From NCBI RefSeq assembly GCF_036321535.1, contig NC_087440.1, forward strand, positions 73,284,001 to 73,348,000: 64,000 bases of DNA, given 5' to 3'. Every line of letters starts with the position of its first letter. Position 1 is the first letter of the stretch. The position numbers and the translations under genes are program-made. The stretch is from Camelus dromedarius (taxonomy: Eukaryota). Of the stretch, positions 13,068 to 26,275 are shown piece after piece. The notes beneath the pieces are model-generated. The model had not been told where the DNA came from and ran no database searches. It saw only the letters and a list, made by a program, of their open reading frames with translations.

Positions 13068-13307
13068 CAGTTGACCCTTGAACAAAGCAGGAGTTAGGGG
13101 CACCAACACTCCCCACAGTCAAAAATCCACATATAATTTATAGTTGGCCTTTCGTACCTGCTGTTCCTCCCCATGTGTACTTCTGCATTCGCAGATTCAT
13201 CCAGCTGCAAGTTGTATAGTATTATAGCATTTACTATTGGGGGAAAAAAAAAACTATGTGTATGTGGACCATGCAGTTTAAACCTGTGTTCTTCCAAGGT
13301 TCAACTA
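13068..13307. mobile_element. Tigger2-derived non-autonomous DNA transposon
   Basis: TIRs CAGTTGACCCTTGAACAA ... CTTCCAAGGTTCAACTA followed by TA; internal CAAAAATCCACATATAA typical of Tigger2/MER8-type MITEs. Confidence 0.85.
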
Positions 13308-14694
13308 TATATATGTTTTTAAGTCCTATTACAGCTGCTTGTTTTAACATCCTCCACCCTAAAATTTTGCCCAGAGATACTCTGAAAAGAATAATAGGTG
13401 GATTATAATGTTTCTGCCTCTTACTCTTCGGAAGAAGTGTCAGTAGGCAGGCAAAGGGATCAAAAGGTATGTGTAAGAGAGTACGTGTAAGAGAAAAAGG
13501 GCAGTCAGACTGGATCGTCATTCACTGACTCACTGCGACTTGTTAGTATGTTAAGATCGCTATGCCGTTCAATCTGATGAAACTGCCTGGAGGAAAAGTG
13601 GCAACTCTTCCTCATCAGCCCCCACTGGACGCTTCTGGGATGGACCACTGGAGGAATCCAGAAGCCACGTGAGGCTGTGGTCTGGTTTGTATGCAAATCT
13701 GAAACTGGACACTTTAAAACTCCTGGGTTCTGCATGTCCTTGGCTCACTCCCCTCAGAAGCAAGGTCAGTTGTGCTGTCTTGCCTATGATAAACACGAGG
13801 AAGAAGTGGATACCCAAAGGATTTGAAAAGTGGCTTTAAGAAACGCACGAGCTGTAGATAAACTCTTCTGTTTGAACTGCAGTAACCAAGTGGAATACAT
13901 TGTTCTGAGATAGATGGTTTCACAGGTATGCACTTATCTTCAGGCTCATTAATTATGTGCAGCTTTTTATATGTCAAAAAAAGATAGATGGAGCCTCTCT
14001 GAGGAATTTTAATTTGGGAAGAGATCACCAAAATAACAGCAGTGTGCTCGGTGAGGCTAAAGCCCAATCAGTGAGGATCAGTGGCCAAAGGGAAACTGTT
14101 GACATCCATGTTCTAGCAGTTTCTGATTCCCACACCAGTTTTCCTTCAGAGTATGCATGGGGAGGTTTTAGGCCCCTTTTTTGTCTCTTTTTCCAGCTCC
14201 CATTCTTTTAAGACCCCCATATATTTCATGTGGACACCTCTTTTGTCTTCTTTCTTTTCAGATACATCACCATCTTCCTCTGCTTTCTGACAGCAGGTCG
14301 TGGTGGTGACTTTCTCAGGTCCCATATCCAGCAGGAGCTTTAGGTGTGAAAAGGAAGCCTATGACAATTTTCGGATTTCAGTCTCCTGAAACAGAGCCAT
14401 GCTAAGCACCTGCCCTCTCACCCTCTGTGTGCTTTTCTTGGCCTTTGCTTCCCTTCCCTCCAGTGATCCGCCCAGCGATAGCTGGGCCTCCTGATCTAGG
14501 ACCCAAACACAGTTAACTGTCTTTTGGTCAAAAGGATATACTCATCCCATAATCTGGTGGTTTATCTTCTATCCCTCTGTCAGCAACTTTTGTTCTGTTT
14601 TGATTGTCTGTGTTCTGCACACCTCTGCTTCCCTTCCCTGTCTCCTGAGCTGGGGATGAGTCAGCCATTCTTCTAGCCTTTCATGGGTACAAGC

Positions 14695-14872
14695 CTAGTA
14701 CTGTGCTAAGTACTTTGCACTTCTTATCTCTTAACTCTCCAGAGCACTTGGTGAAGTTGGTTCCATTATCATTTCCATTTTGTGGATGGTAAAACTGAGG
14801 CTCAGAGATCCTATAGTGAGCGAGTGTCAATGCCTGTATTAAGACCAAACCTGCTGACTTGTGATCCCAAAT
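14695..14872 (-). mobile_element. MIR SINE
   Basis: CCATTTTGTGGATGGTAAAACTGAGGCTCAGAGA is the reverse MIR core. Confidence 0.8.
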
Positions 14873-14892
14873 GGTTAATATTTAGAATACTT

Positions 14893-15045
14893 CCCTATTC
14901 TGTGCCAGGCACAATACTAGTTAATGGAAATAGAGAAAAAAGATATGTTTCTGTCCAAGCTCTCCATCTAATGAAAGAGACAGATGTATAAAACATAAAT
15001 TACTAGATAGTACAAAAGTGCTTTTACAGAGGTATGACAATGTTC
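14893..15045 (-). mobile_element. L2 3' fragment
   Basis: CTATTCTGTGCCAGGCACAATACTAG...GAGACAGATGTATAAAAC. Confidence 0.6.
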
Positions 15046-15334
15046 GGTGGCAGATAAAATAAGGAAGAAGACATGCATTTTCCTCATTACAAACTGATGC
15101 TATCCTAAAATAGTCCAGGTTGTCATAAAACCAGGCTTTACCTGGTTACTGTCAAACAGTTACTGCTTACTATGGTTTACCATAGTCTGTCCCCATGGGT
15201 TGTTGAGATGGATGGTTTTATAAATAGGAAAAAGGTTTGAAAAGAAATGAGGACAAAACAGTCTTCCACCTCTGCTGATGGATTAAAATAATTCCCTGAA
15301 TTTGGATTTAATGCTCAAGAGGGAATACAAATAA

Positions 15335-15450
15335 ATATATGTATTCACATATATTCATGCATACATATATACACAAATATATATACATATCAATATATGC
15401 ATATAAAATGTATATATAAATATCTATACGTGTATAGATATACACACATA
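15335..15450. repeat. Degenerate (TA)/(CATA) low-complexity tract
   Basis: ATATATGTATTCACATATATTCATGCATACATATATACAC... Confidence 0.7.
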
Positions 15451-17014
15451 CATCCCGCGTTTCAAGAAGCTGTCTTCTGCTAGCTTCTTAAGGCCCATTA
15501 AAATTCAGATGTTTAATAAAATGTATTTGACAGATCACCCCAAATTTTTCATATATACCTCCTCACAGCTAAGTGCTACACTGTGTGAGGCATTGAATTT
15601 ATTCTACCTTAGAAGAGAACTTCAAATGGTTGCAGTAATCAGAGTCATGGTGAAGACATCATAGAAATTAGAACTAGAAAAGTTGTTAAAGATTATCTCT
15701 AGTCTGAGTCTATTTCTACACATGAGCACTAAGGTCAAGAGAACTTAAATGGCTTGAAAAAAGGGCAATAGATGGAACCGTATTTAGAATTGAAAGCTTC
15801 TGCCCTCCAGATGAGTCCTCTTTCTACCTCACTATGCCTTCTGCATCAGGAGGAAATACTGGAAATCTGTCTCATGCAGACTATAATTGGAGAGAAGTTT
15901 AAGCTGAACAAGTAGAATGTAGGCCATACAAAACTTAAAGGAAATTTATACTTGCTTCTTGCAAATTCATTTAAGAATTTGCAGATTCAGCTAAATAGAA
16001 TAATTTCCCAATTTTTTTAGAAGGGCCAAATAAAGGCCAGATACACTTTAGCATGGATTTTGCTGTATATTCACAGCCCCAAATAAATGAGATTTTGTTT
16101 GGGGTTGGGGAGAACCAAGGATTCTTATTCTACTCATTTGCTATTTGCATTCATAACATGGGAAGGCAGGAAGACATTGATGGAACATTTTTTTTTTCTG
16201 CCTCCTTCATTTTTAAATGGACAGTGACATGCTTCACAGCAGCATCTCCAAACAAAAGATGACAAATTCCCATTTATTTCCCATCAGTGGCACTGTGTGA
16301 GATGTTGCACCAAGTCTAACTTGCTGCTCCTAGGGCACAGAGGTTTTATTCCTACAGCAATGTGGAACTCCCATAAAAATAACAATTCCATTGCCAGTCA
16401 CTCTGTCAGGAGTATTGGCAGACTGAAGAAGACTTATCTGATTTCACTAAAGCTATTAGTCTGAAACTCTGATCTGTAAATCTGGCTGGGCACCACACGG
16501 GGGGAAGCAGTGCTGGCCAGAAGCAATGGCTTTTGTGAGTTCTCAAAAACAAAGTTCAGGTAAAAACACTGGATTGAAAATAGAAATTAGAATTGAAGCA
16601 AAAGATGAAGGGAACTTTCACTGTGTTCACTCAGTGTTCCAGGCATTCTGCTAGGCTTACATTATGTACTTAAAGCAGTGAACTGGTTTTATCTCTTTTT
16701 TTCCTTTATCATCAATTGGTGTGTGTGCCCGTGACTACAATATAAACAGTGTTTTGTTCTTATTGCTTTTGTTTTTCCCTATGTGAAAGATGGGAGAATC
16801 TCATTAAGGGATGTTTCTTCAAGGTCCCAGTGGAATATTTTGTGACTGGAAAATTCCTAGAATCTCGAAGGCAAAAATAGTAAAAGTGTAGGAACGTATA
16901 GGAAAAGTCATTACAGTTTATTACGTATAACAGTTTTAAAAATCTCCTTAGAATGGGGCATTACAACGATCAGAGCTAAGTTTCATTTGATTTAAATATC
17001 AAATATAAATTGCA

Positions 17015-17165
17015 TGGGGGAGTTTTGAGGAGTGATAGAAACATTCTTTAGCCTGATTGTGGTGGTGGTTACATGAACCAATACATGTGTTAAAATACAC
17101 AGAACTGTCCACTGAAAGAAAAAAAAATTCTCAATTTTACTGTATGGTGATTTTTAAAATAAAAG
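17015..17165 (+). mobile_element. Old L1M (L1MC/MD/ME-type) 3' end
   Basis: GTGATAGAAACATTCTTTAGCCTGATTGTGGTGGTGGTTACATG...CAATTTTACTGTATG...AAAATAAAA. Confidence 0.75.
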
Positions 17166-19959
17166 TGAAACATTTCAATAAAAGGGTGTCAACTCTAAGC
17201 CAGTGATATGTTACTGGATGTCTAACAAAAAAAGATATTACTTGGTAATGTTGTCAACTGACTATTAAAGCCTAATTAATGACAAAAAAAAGAAGTATCA
17301 TCATTCCTCACACAAGATAAAATTACCGTCTTTACATCTATTTCTTACATTTTTTTTCTTTCATCCCATCTGTGATAACCAATGGCTATTTCATTTTCTA
17401 TGCCTTCATGCTATTTGGAAAATCAGAAAAAAGAAGGCGTTTAAGGATTCGGGGTAATAGGTAAATGTCCCGATTGCATCTTCCTTGGTCAAATGTGGTG
17501 ACTTTGGTTGGCTCTTACCCTTGTCTTCCTCTATGCATCAGTCATCCAGTCTCCTATTGATTTTTTTTTAAACAAAGGTCAAGCACGTGTTTGTAGGTGA
17601 TACCAATTGCTTCAGAGTTTGTCCTGGCTCCTTACTGTCCTGATTTAAACCTCTTGTGGCATTTTATACTGCATGGATAGTGATAAATGTGGTGGAGACT
17701 GACACAGAAATGAACTCAGAAGTAAGTTTATAGCACTGCCGGGGACCATCTGTTAATGTAAATGTTTAAGGTAAAATGCATTAAGGCTTAAGAGCTGACG
17801 AGACATTTTATTTGCATCCTGCCTTTGGGATTATGTCTGGGTTCCTGCCTGGTTTTACCCTTTTATCTGCTGCTATGCATTTGCCGGGATGGAATCCTAA
17901 ACACATTTGAATTGTATTTTCTGAAATAACTGGATTGAACAATAAAAATCAGGAGTTATGTTGGCTTTGGGGGGTGGTTTCAAAGTGTTTAAATTAAACA
18001 CGTTTATATGGCCACTTACCATTTATGATTACTTCCGGTTAAGTGGTTGTTTGATGAAATTTGTTGTCTCCAATGTTGAGATATTAAGCACTATCTTTTA
18101 GGGCTATCAATGTCAACCAAAGTGAAAATAATTTATGAAATGAATGACCTGATATTAAAATCACCCTTAAAGCTATTTGAATTACATTATAATTCTCTAG
18201 TGACCTCCTAATAAAGTAGAGAAGTTTGAATGCACCCATTTTATTTTTAACACTTTGAAGTATATTATCTGAGGAGAAATTCAAGTAACACATCTTTACG
18301 ATTCATAGGAAAATGGTCTTCTTCAAAAGGGAAAATAAAATTCAGCTACTAGATGTAAATCAAAAATACTCATTTTTAGCTTCTACCAGGTAATATAATG
18401 ACTTGGGTTTTAGAGAATGGGTTTTAGGTGCCACAGCCATCCCACCCAAGCACAAGAAAGCATAGAAAAAGAGAGAACAATGAGGTGAACTAGAGGGAGA
18501 GAAGGAGTGAGGTGGAGGCAGAAAAATACTTTGAATACAAAATCATTTAAATAAATGAGTAAGACAGTTTTCAGAATAGGACTTACATTGGAGTTTTCTA
18601 GAAACCACTGAATATGATGAGTTGAAAAATGATTAGAAATTGTGAATGGTTTCCCCCTGGGTGGATAAGACTACCTGTTCAGCTGCAGTGATTCTGATGA
18701 GCTTGCCTCTTAAGCTCGTCCTTTGAGATCAGCAAAAACATCCCATTCTCTCATCTCTCATTTGAGCTGGGGCTGATTGATGCGTAATTAAGATCACTAA
18801 GGAGCCAGAGTAAGAGCTGCAGAGTCTCTACATTTTTCCATGATGATTTTCTCTCTCTTACTCTTTTTTAAAGTCCTTCCTTACGGTTCTTACACTATAA
18901 ATTCTTGATAGCATGATGTTGGGGGCAGGGGTTTGTGCTAGTTTGAGAGGAGACATGATAGGGGGTGTGCACAATTTGGAGCCTGCAAGGAGAAGAGCCA
19001 GAAAAAAGCCAAATGAAATTGCCACCTCTTAGAGGGGATGAAACCCGGCAGGTGACAGAGCCTCTCTCTTTTATTACACAGAGCAGGAAGCTCCCGAGCA
19101 CTCCTGAGGCAAAGTGACCTTCTCCAGGTTACACATCAGGTCAGGGGGTAGAGGCAGGAAGGAAACCCCAGTCTTCCCACTCCCAGTTCCTTTTCCTTTC
19201 CACTAGGACATCATTCCTTTCTCTAACTTGGGCTCTTGCATTCTCTTTGTAATGCTTGAGGAGTGGGTTTTAACCTTCCTTGTGTCTACGCTAGGAACTA
19301 GGTGCCTGGGAGAGTTAAAAGAACAACACTGAGTAACATCCACCCTTGAATCGTTTCTCCCTTTTTAAATTGAGGGTGCATGCTGCAGAGACATAAGTTT
19401 GCATGGGAGACGTGAAACTCCTCTGTGGACCACTTAGCACCTGATCTGATGGATAGTGCAGAACCATCATACGTTCTTGAGTTGTAATATTAGCATTTAA
19501 TGAAAGATAAACAAGTGGAAAGCTTTTCTTTGATTGTCAAGGACCATGGAGGTAATTTATGTTCATTATTTCTTTTGTTTATTTTTTTCTAATAAAAATA
19601 GTAAGAATTTTTTGTCATTTATTTGAAATTTTATTTTATTTATTTGATTTTTTTGTTTTTTTCTCCTTTTTCAGTTTTATTAGGTAGAATTATTGCAGTT
19701 CTTTTAACTGTCAAATTAAAATATTGAAACAAGTTTGGACTCCTGTATGAAAAGTTTAATAGTCTGTCTGTAACTCTACAAAATGTCAGGTATTCTTTAT
19801 GGAGATGAGCAGGTATTTATTGAGCTAAAGGCAGAAGTCTCTTATATTTCTATTAATGCAAAAAGCCTCATGAAAATTTGAATGGGGACTAGGGAGAGAA
19901 ATGGATCTTAGTGATATAAATTGGCTTTAAGCGTTCTGATGAGGAAGAGTTCACATACC

Positions 19960-20180
19960 TTCCCTGAAAAAATTAATACTTTTGTGGGGGAAGTATATAT
20001 TTATAACAACAGCTTGGCAAGTCTTACTTCTGTATGAATGGAGTCCTGTGGGAACACAGAACCACCTGTGCCAGCTACAGGGCAGGGAGGGCTTCACGGT
20101 GGTGTCGACTTTTAAGTAGAGACTTGAAGAATGCAGATTTCCTGGTAGAGAGTAAGGAGGGGGAATGTTCTGGTAAAGAG
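19960..20180 (-). mobile_element. L2 fragment
   Basis: GGCAGGGAGGGCTTCACGGTGGTGTCGACTTTTAAGTAGAGACTTGAAGAATG resembles reverse L2. Confidence 0.55.
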
Positions 20181-22989
20181 TTTAGGGGGAAAACATATAG
20201 CCCCACATGTTTTCACAGGAGGCCTAACCCAATACAGTCCCATTTAATCCAATCAAAAGTAATGGTCAGATCTTCACTACATTCTTTTAAAGAAACATAT
20301 GCATAACTCCTTGAACAAGAAATATCAGGCAACTGGTGCCATTTTAACTAAAAAAACAAAACAACACAAAACAAAAACCAGAAAACAAATAAACCAAAAA
20401 ACACAACTTTTCTTTTTGAGAACTTTCCTGGAAGAGTCCTCTGGACAGAAGATTAGAAGATGCTTTCAGCTGCACTTGGAAGGACATGAGGTGCCAGGTC
20501 ACCTGTGTGTCTGAGAAATAACAGTTACCCATTCTCTCGTTAAAGCAACAGCAGCATTCCAGTCAGTTGGAGGAATCCCAGAATAATTGGATATTGTCCA
20601 GGGCCAACTGCACTCGAAGTGAATCGCTGAATTTCCTTTGGAAAAAGCAAGGTTCTCCTTTGTTTTATGGGGGGAAATGGCATCTGGTAGGTCAGAGAGA
20701 AGAGGATCAGTTAGATCCTTACAAACGTCTGCTGAGGTCTTTGCTGTGTTTCAGATAAATTGCTGTAACTGTCTGAACTTTGAAGTGTCTCAGATGCCAC
20801 TTAATGAGAAAAGATTGCCTGAGCCTCTCTCGCTCTGCTCGCCATCTGACCCTTCTCCCTGAAGATCGACATCTGGTGAGGTGACTGAGCCTAGGTGAAG
20901 TGGGAGCCCTTTCTGACCTCCCACCATACGTGGTAATTGACTATGCTCTGCCTCAGTTAGCAACGTCCTTCCAAAGTCCGTCCGGATGAAGGATGATGAG
21001 AACCAACAAAGGCGTGAACACTTTTAGGATCCTGCCCTTCTCCCTCAAGTTTTAATATATTCATGTGTATGTCTATCATATATTCTTGAATATTTCGTTA
21101 TACTGCAAATAACTATACTCTTTGAAGAAAACAGGTTCCTTGGATTTTCCCTATGACTTGGCCTTAAGTCAGAAAGTTTCTTAATAGTTCTTCAGATGTA
21201 GGACCTGTGGAAAGGAAGGGTTATGTGAGCATATACTCAAAGTTTATATAAGGAAAAGGATACATTAGTCATTTAAATACAAACTTCTTTTTTTTTTCAA
21301 ACTGTATTGGCTTTCAAATTCCTCAATTTCTCTTTGTTGTGTTAGCTCTTTTTGGTATGTCATGGTGAAAATGTGTCTTCTCAGTAAAGGCTGGATATTT
21401 AGACATAAGGCAGCATGAATCATGGTACAGCTGTTTAATTTGAAGAGCTATCTCTTCTAATCTATGCAATTATTGTTCCAGACATGTGGGGTATTTCAGT
21501 GAAACTTAGAAAGCAAGAATATTCTGCACAGTTAAACCTTTTTAATGACCATCATATGTCAACAACCAAACCAAACCAAACCAAAATACTGTGCCTTTAT
21601 GGTTTGAGTATCTCTATCAGGATTTTGGGGGGATGTGATATTGGTGGCAGGTGGGGACAGAAGAATTCAGACCTCTATTTGGATCCTCCCTATCTGTTCT
21701 GCCTCAGAGGGAATCAGCCAATGGAAGCTCAGTTAAGTGGCTGCCATATGCAAAGCCTTGGGGGTGTTGGCGGGGTGGGCACACAATGAAGCAGGTACAC
21801 CTAACCTCAAGGTATTAATAAACTTACAGGAAAACTGTGATCTGAGTGCCCAACAATATAGTAACAATTTAAATACTACATGAGTAAAATGAAAAAATAA
21901 CTGCTTTCAGTTTCCAAGAAAGTTTGTTGACAGCAAACAAGGAAGTTGCCTTGGTAAGAAGATTATTTGCTTTGCGCTTCCATCAATGAGAGGGGATCAA
22001 ATACTCCGAGAGGAGGAACAAAAGCCCTTTGGATGAGGACGGCACCGTGAACACGAGCATGTGAGCACAGTTCCCTAGAGATAAGGAATTTTCTCTCTCT
22101 CCCTTAATTGACAGGTATTTCATACGTGAATGAAAAAGGCCACATGTAGTCAGAGGGCTTGCCTTTTGCTTTCTGCCTCCAGTTTTTCAAGAGACACTAA
22201 ACTCACACCTAGGAATATTTTGACAAGCTTAGAAACCTTTTCAAAAAATAACTCACGTGCATGGCAAGATGTTACTAAAGTCAGATTTTTTTTTCCCATG
22301 GAGATGACGACTGCAGAACTTTCTATTCACATCCTCAGATGTGCAGAGAGCAGCCAAGATCTCTCCTTCCTCTGTACATTCTGGCACCACGTAGGGGACT
22401 TGAAAGGAACAGAGAAGACTCCCTAGAGGGACCTCTTAACTCATTGCACCTCTTGGCCTGTTTCAAGAACACTTATTTGACCTGAACTATGATAGTGACT
22501 TTTCATTTCTAAATTTGAGGCAGAAGTTGAGTGGGAATTTTGAGTTATTTCTGTGTTTCTGAAATAATCATAAAAATCATATCTGAGTACTTCCTTGAGC
22601 CAGGCCTCTGAACTAACACATTTTGGGCTGCTGTGATGAGGAAGCCGCCTGACCTTTGATATCTCAAAGAGTAACTAGTCAAGTTAGCAGTCTTAGGGAG
22701 GACTGGCTACACTATAAGTTCAGAATCACTTTCTCTTTTAAATAACAAGAAATTTTGGCTAAGGGCTTACTCAAGGTTTTACTGATTCTAGATAGGAAAG
22801 AATAATACACATCGCCTTATGCAGAGAACTATTTTTAGACTTCTAACTCATTGCTTCCCTGGTAATGTGGAATAGTGGTTATTAGGGTCTCTGAATATGC
22901 GTCTCTGGATGCCTGGCCTCAAAAGAAGGTCCAGGCATTGGAAGTCCTTGCCTTCCTTTTTAAAGAGGATCGCCCTGGCCACCATGTGC

Positions 22990-23100
22990 GGCAACCCTTC
23001 TATTAGACATGCTCCTTCCCCTGCACGGAATTCTAGTCTTCCAGTTACACTGAAATTCTGGGTTATGTCTTTGTCTTCTCTCTCATCTTTCTCCTTTGTT
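22990..23100 (+). mobile_element. L2 fragment
   Basis: CATGCTCCTTCCCCTGC...CCAGTTACACTGAAATTCTGGGTTATGTCTTTGTCTTCTCTCTC resembles an L2 internal segment. Confidence 0.45.
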
Positions 23101-25004
23101 TTTTATTCCCCTTAGTTGACTTATCAAGTAATCAGAACATCGTACATCTTTGGTCAGCCTTACTCCAGACGTCTTCCCTAATTGTTCCATTCTCCCTGCC
23201 AGCTTCTGGTATCGCCGTGGTCTTGTGTCTGACCCTCCCCTCAGCCCCGGTGTCCCTTTGCTCTGCTCCGCATTGCCTCTTCTTGCCTCTTCCCCCGTTA
23301 TTCAAAGATCTTCATTCCCAGCCCTCCACATCTTGTCCGCGGAGGAAAGTCCAAACTCTTCAGCCTCTTTAGGAGGTAGACTGTGTCCACCAGACTGCAT
23401 GATGCCTGGCGGGGATTTACAGAGAGTGCAGGTTACGGGATCAAGCCTGCAGCACTGCCTAGACGTACATGGTGTTACCAGGAAACAAAGCCTTTTGTAG
23501 AGATTGCTCATTTCCTAGTACTCCAAGGCTAGAATTTTTAGCAGGGACATAAATCCCAGGATTTGATGGTAAAGGATCTGAAAGAAAAAGCAGGAATCCC
23601 AGATCACGCAATCTATGTCATCAAGAACAACGTGCGTGGGGCCCACACGGAGGTTCCTGTCTTACTCAGCTTTGTCACAGATGACTTGTTAGTAGAAACA
23701 GCCTCCCAGCTCAGTAAGGAAAGTGGCCCAAAACAAACAGAATGAACTAAGCACTTGCCCTCCTATTCTCCCACCAAAATTCTGTTTTGATTGGTGTCCT
23801 TTTTGTGTTTGGATGTGCTACATGGTATGAATATATATCTCTTCTTGCCCAGTATATAGTTAGTTGTTATTTAAAAAACTTTGACCATGAAAAATGCTGA
23901 ATAATGTTAAGGACACAGTGCATAAGGCCTTGGATATGAGGATTAAGTTGGCAGTGATGTAATACGTAGTGGAAGCTCCGTCCATATTCCTCCACATTCC
24001 ATGTTCTTTTTAACCTGTAGGTGAAAAGCAGGCAGGAGTAATAATAGCAGCGTTTTGTAACAGAAATGTAAGTTGCATCTGGCTCCCGTTCAGCCTCTGA
24101 TTCCCCGGGAGGTTTTTCACAGCCCCTCCCCTATTCCTGCTTTCCAGCGGATCTGACAGAGGGACAGAAGGATTAAGAAATCAAGTAGCTTATCTTAGAG
24201 GTTCCCCACTGGGCACTTTGTCCCAGGTGTTCCTGCTTGTAGCTTATATAATCAGGAGCGCTCTGTGTGCGGAGGGTATTACTGTAAAGGTGATTGTTTG
24301 AGTCAGTGGGTGATGATGTCAAGGCAATTATATCCAGGGGATGTGTGATCTTAAAGACCAAGTTAGTGCCCCAGGAGACCTGGAGACAGGACTTCTTCCC
24401 ATACCTTTGCAATCGCACATTCTGAAGTGAGGTGGCACCACTTTCCAAACAGGAACAAAAGTGAATGATTGGGGGCGGTGGGGACAGTGTGTTCCTCTAG
24501 GGCTTTAGGGGAAAAAAAATTACTCCCAGTTAATCTTTTCTAATGTATCCCCTTTTGTTATGTTTATATTTTTGTCCAGGGACTTTGTTGACTTAAAATG
24601 AAACTAAATCAAAACTATGAGAATTGAACACGGGTCCCTCTGATAACCTGAAAAAAAGCAACACATAGTTATTTTTAGAAAGAAAAGGAAAGGACCATAA
24701 ATTAGCTGTATTTTTCATTATTTTTTTCTATCTTATGATTATTTATAATAGATAATTGCACATCAAACTTGAGATGAAATTAAAGTTGCAGAAGGCTTAT
24801 GGTTTGTGTCCCAGTTGTGACCACTAATCCTAATATGTAGGGAATCCATTAGAAACTGGACCTCAGTTGAATTAGGACACAGGACCATCCTTGCAGAGCA
24901 GATCAAAGACCCTATTTTATTTTCTCTCCTTTGCTTTTATTTTTAGCTACATGATTAATGCATGCTGTTGAACAGATTTCAAAATACACTGAAGAATATC
25001 AAGA

Positions 25005-25255
25005 AAAAATATAAGTCCCCTCTGACCATCACCAACCCTATTCTTCTCTCAAGTGGGAATCACTGTTGTCATCTACAGATGTCCAGAGCTTTTGCTCTAC
25101 CTGCACAAATAGGAACGTGCATACATGTATGCACACGTGCATCCAACACACACACGCCCTGAAAGATTGTTTAGTCTCCATACGGAGTCATACACTAAAT
25201 ACATATCCTGGATGTCTCCCCCTACTGGTACATGTAGAAATATGTAAGTTCTTTT
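25005..25255 (-). mobile_element. Possible L1ME 3' UTR fragment
   Basis: Degenerate CCCTATTCTTCTC...AATCACTGTT and GGAGTCATACACT motifs; weak. Confidence 0.35.
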
Positions 25256-25654
25256 GAAAGTGAAGGTGCAATAAAATCTGAAGTTTTGCTGGAGCTCCTC
25301 CTAAATACACGCCTTCAGGTTGGAGTGGACAAGATGGGACTGAAATTCACTAGCCAGTTTCTGCCACAGCATGATGGCTCGGTTCTGTGGATAAATGAGC
25401 CCCACGGAAGAGTGAGTGCAGCCGACTCCACGCTGCTTTGTTGTTCCTGAAGACGTCGTGCAGGGACAGACCCTTGAGGCTTCCATCTCCTGAGTTTTAA
25501 AAGAAGACAAGAAACATTTTCCCCAAGGGTCTTGTCCACGTAGATCCCAACCCTGTTATGTTCTGAGGTGTCTGACTGCTTGCACTGGGCTTGCGGGGTC
25601 TGAGGTTTGAACATGATGGTGTGCTTTAGACAACCGGAGTGTGCCAGCTGGCTT

Positions 25655-26275
25655 CACTCGTTCACAAGTCCATTTATCTGTACTCACATTCACAGAGACA
25701 CTGAGCATAGGGCTAGGGATGGTCCATTCATTGCTGAAGGACATTACAGATCAGTGAGGGACATAAACAAGGAAACAGACAATTATGAGGAACCATCAGT
25801 TGTACATTGACCAGTGCAGTGGATAGAACTTCTAGAGGAACTTGATGGGGGGGGGGGGGAGAGGCTTCCTGGACAAGACAGCTAATCTGAGTACTGAGGG
25901 ATGATTAGAACTTAGTTGTGTGAACAGAGCTGTTCAGAAAAGAAGTGTTAGAGGAAGAGGGGGCCACATGACAAAGGTCTGAGAGTGCCTGTCAGGGGCT
26001 TGTGGGTTGGGGCAAGTGACACCAGAGACAGAGAAGCAGGGCAGATCTTTTTGGCCTTAAAAGCCTCCTAAAGGAGTTTGAACCTTGTTCTGAGAGTCAT
26101 GGGCAATGACGACTGAAGATTTTTTAAGAAACATCAAGGTGTGATTCATACGGTTTATAAGATGGAGCACAGATGGAAAGGGGCAGGGAGACCATTAGGA
26201 TGCTGTTGTGGATGCTGGGGTAGGAGTTGATGGTGGCCTTAACTAGGGCAGTGGCCGTGGGACTGGGTAAATGTG
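25655..26275 (-). mobile_element. L2 LINE fragment
   Basis: GAGAGGCTTCCTGGA, AAGGAGTTTGAACCTTGTTCTGAG, GGCAGGGAGACCATTAGGATGCTGTTG and GATGGTGGCCTTAACTAGGGCAGTGGC in L2 order; contains a G13 run at 25847-25859. Confidence 0.75.

Noticed and set aside
13574-13620. CTGATGA followed by short stems (hammerhead-like core); also near 18695
   Set aside because: No GAAA at the required position after stem II and no stem I/III with a cleavage triplet.
20990-21080. ATGATGA box C-like motif (also near 45166)
   Set aside because: No CTGA D box at a suitable distance and no terminal stem.
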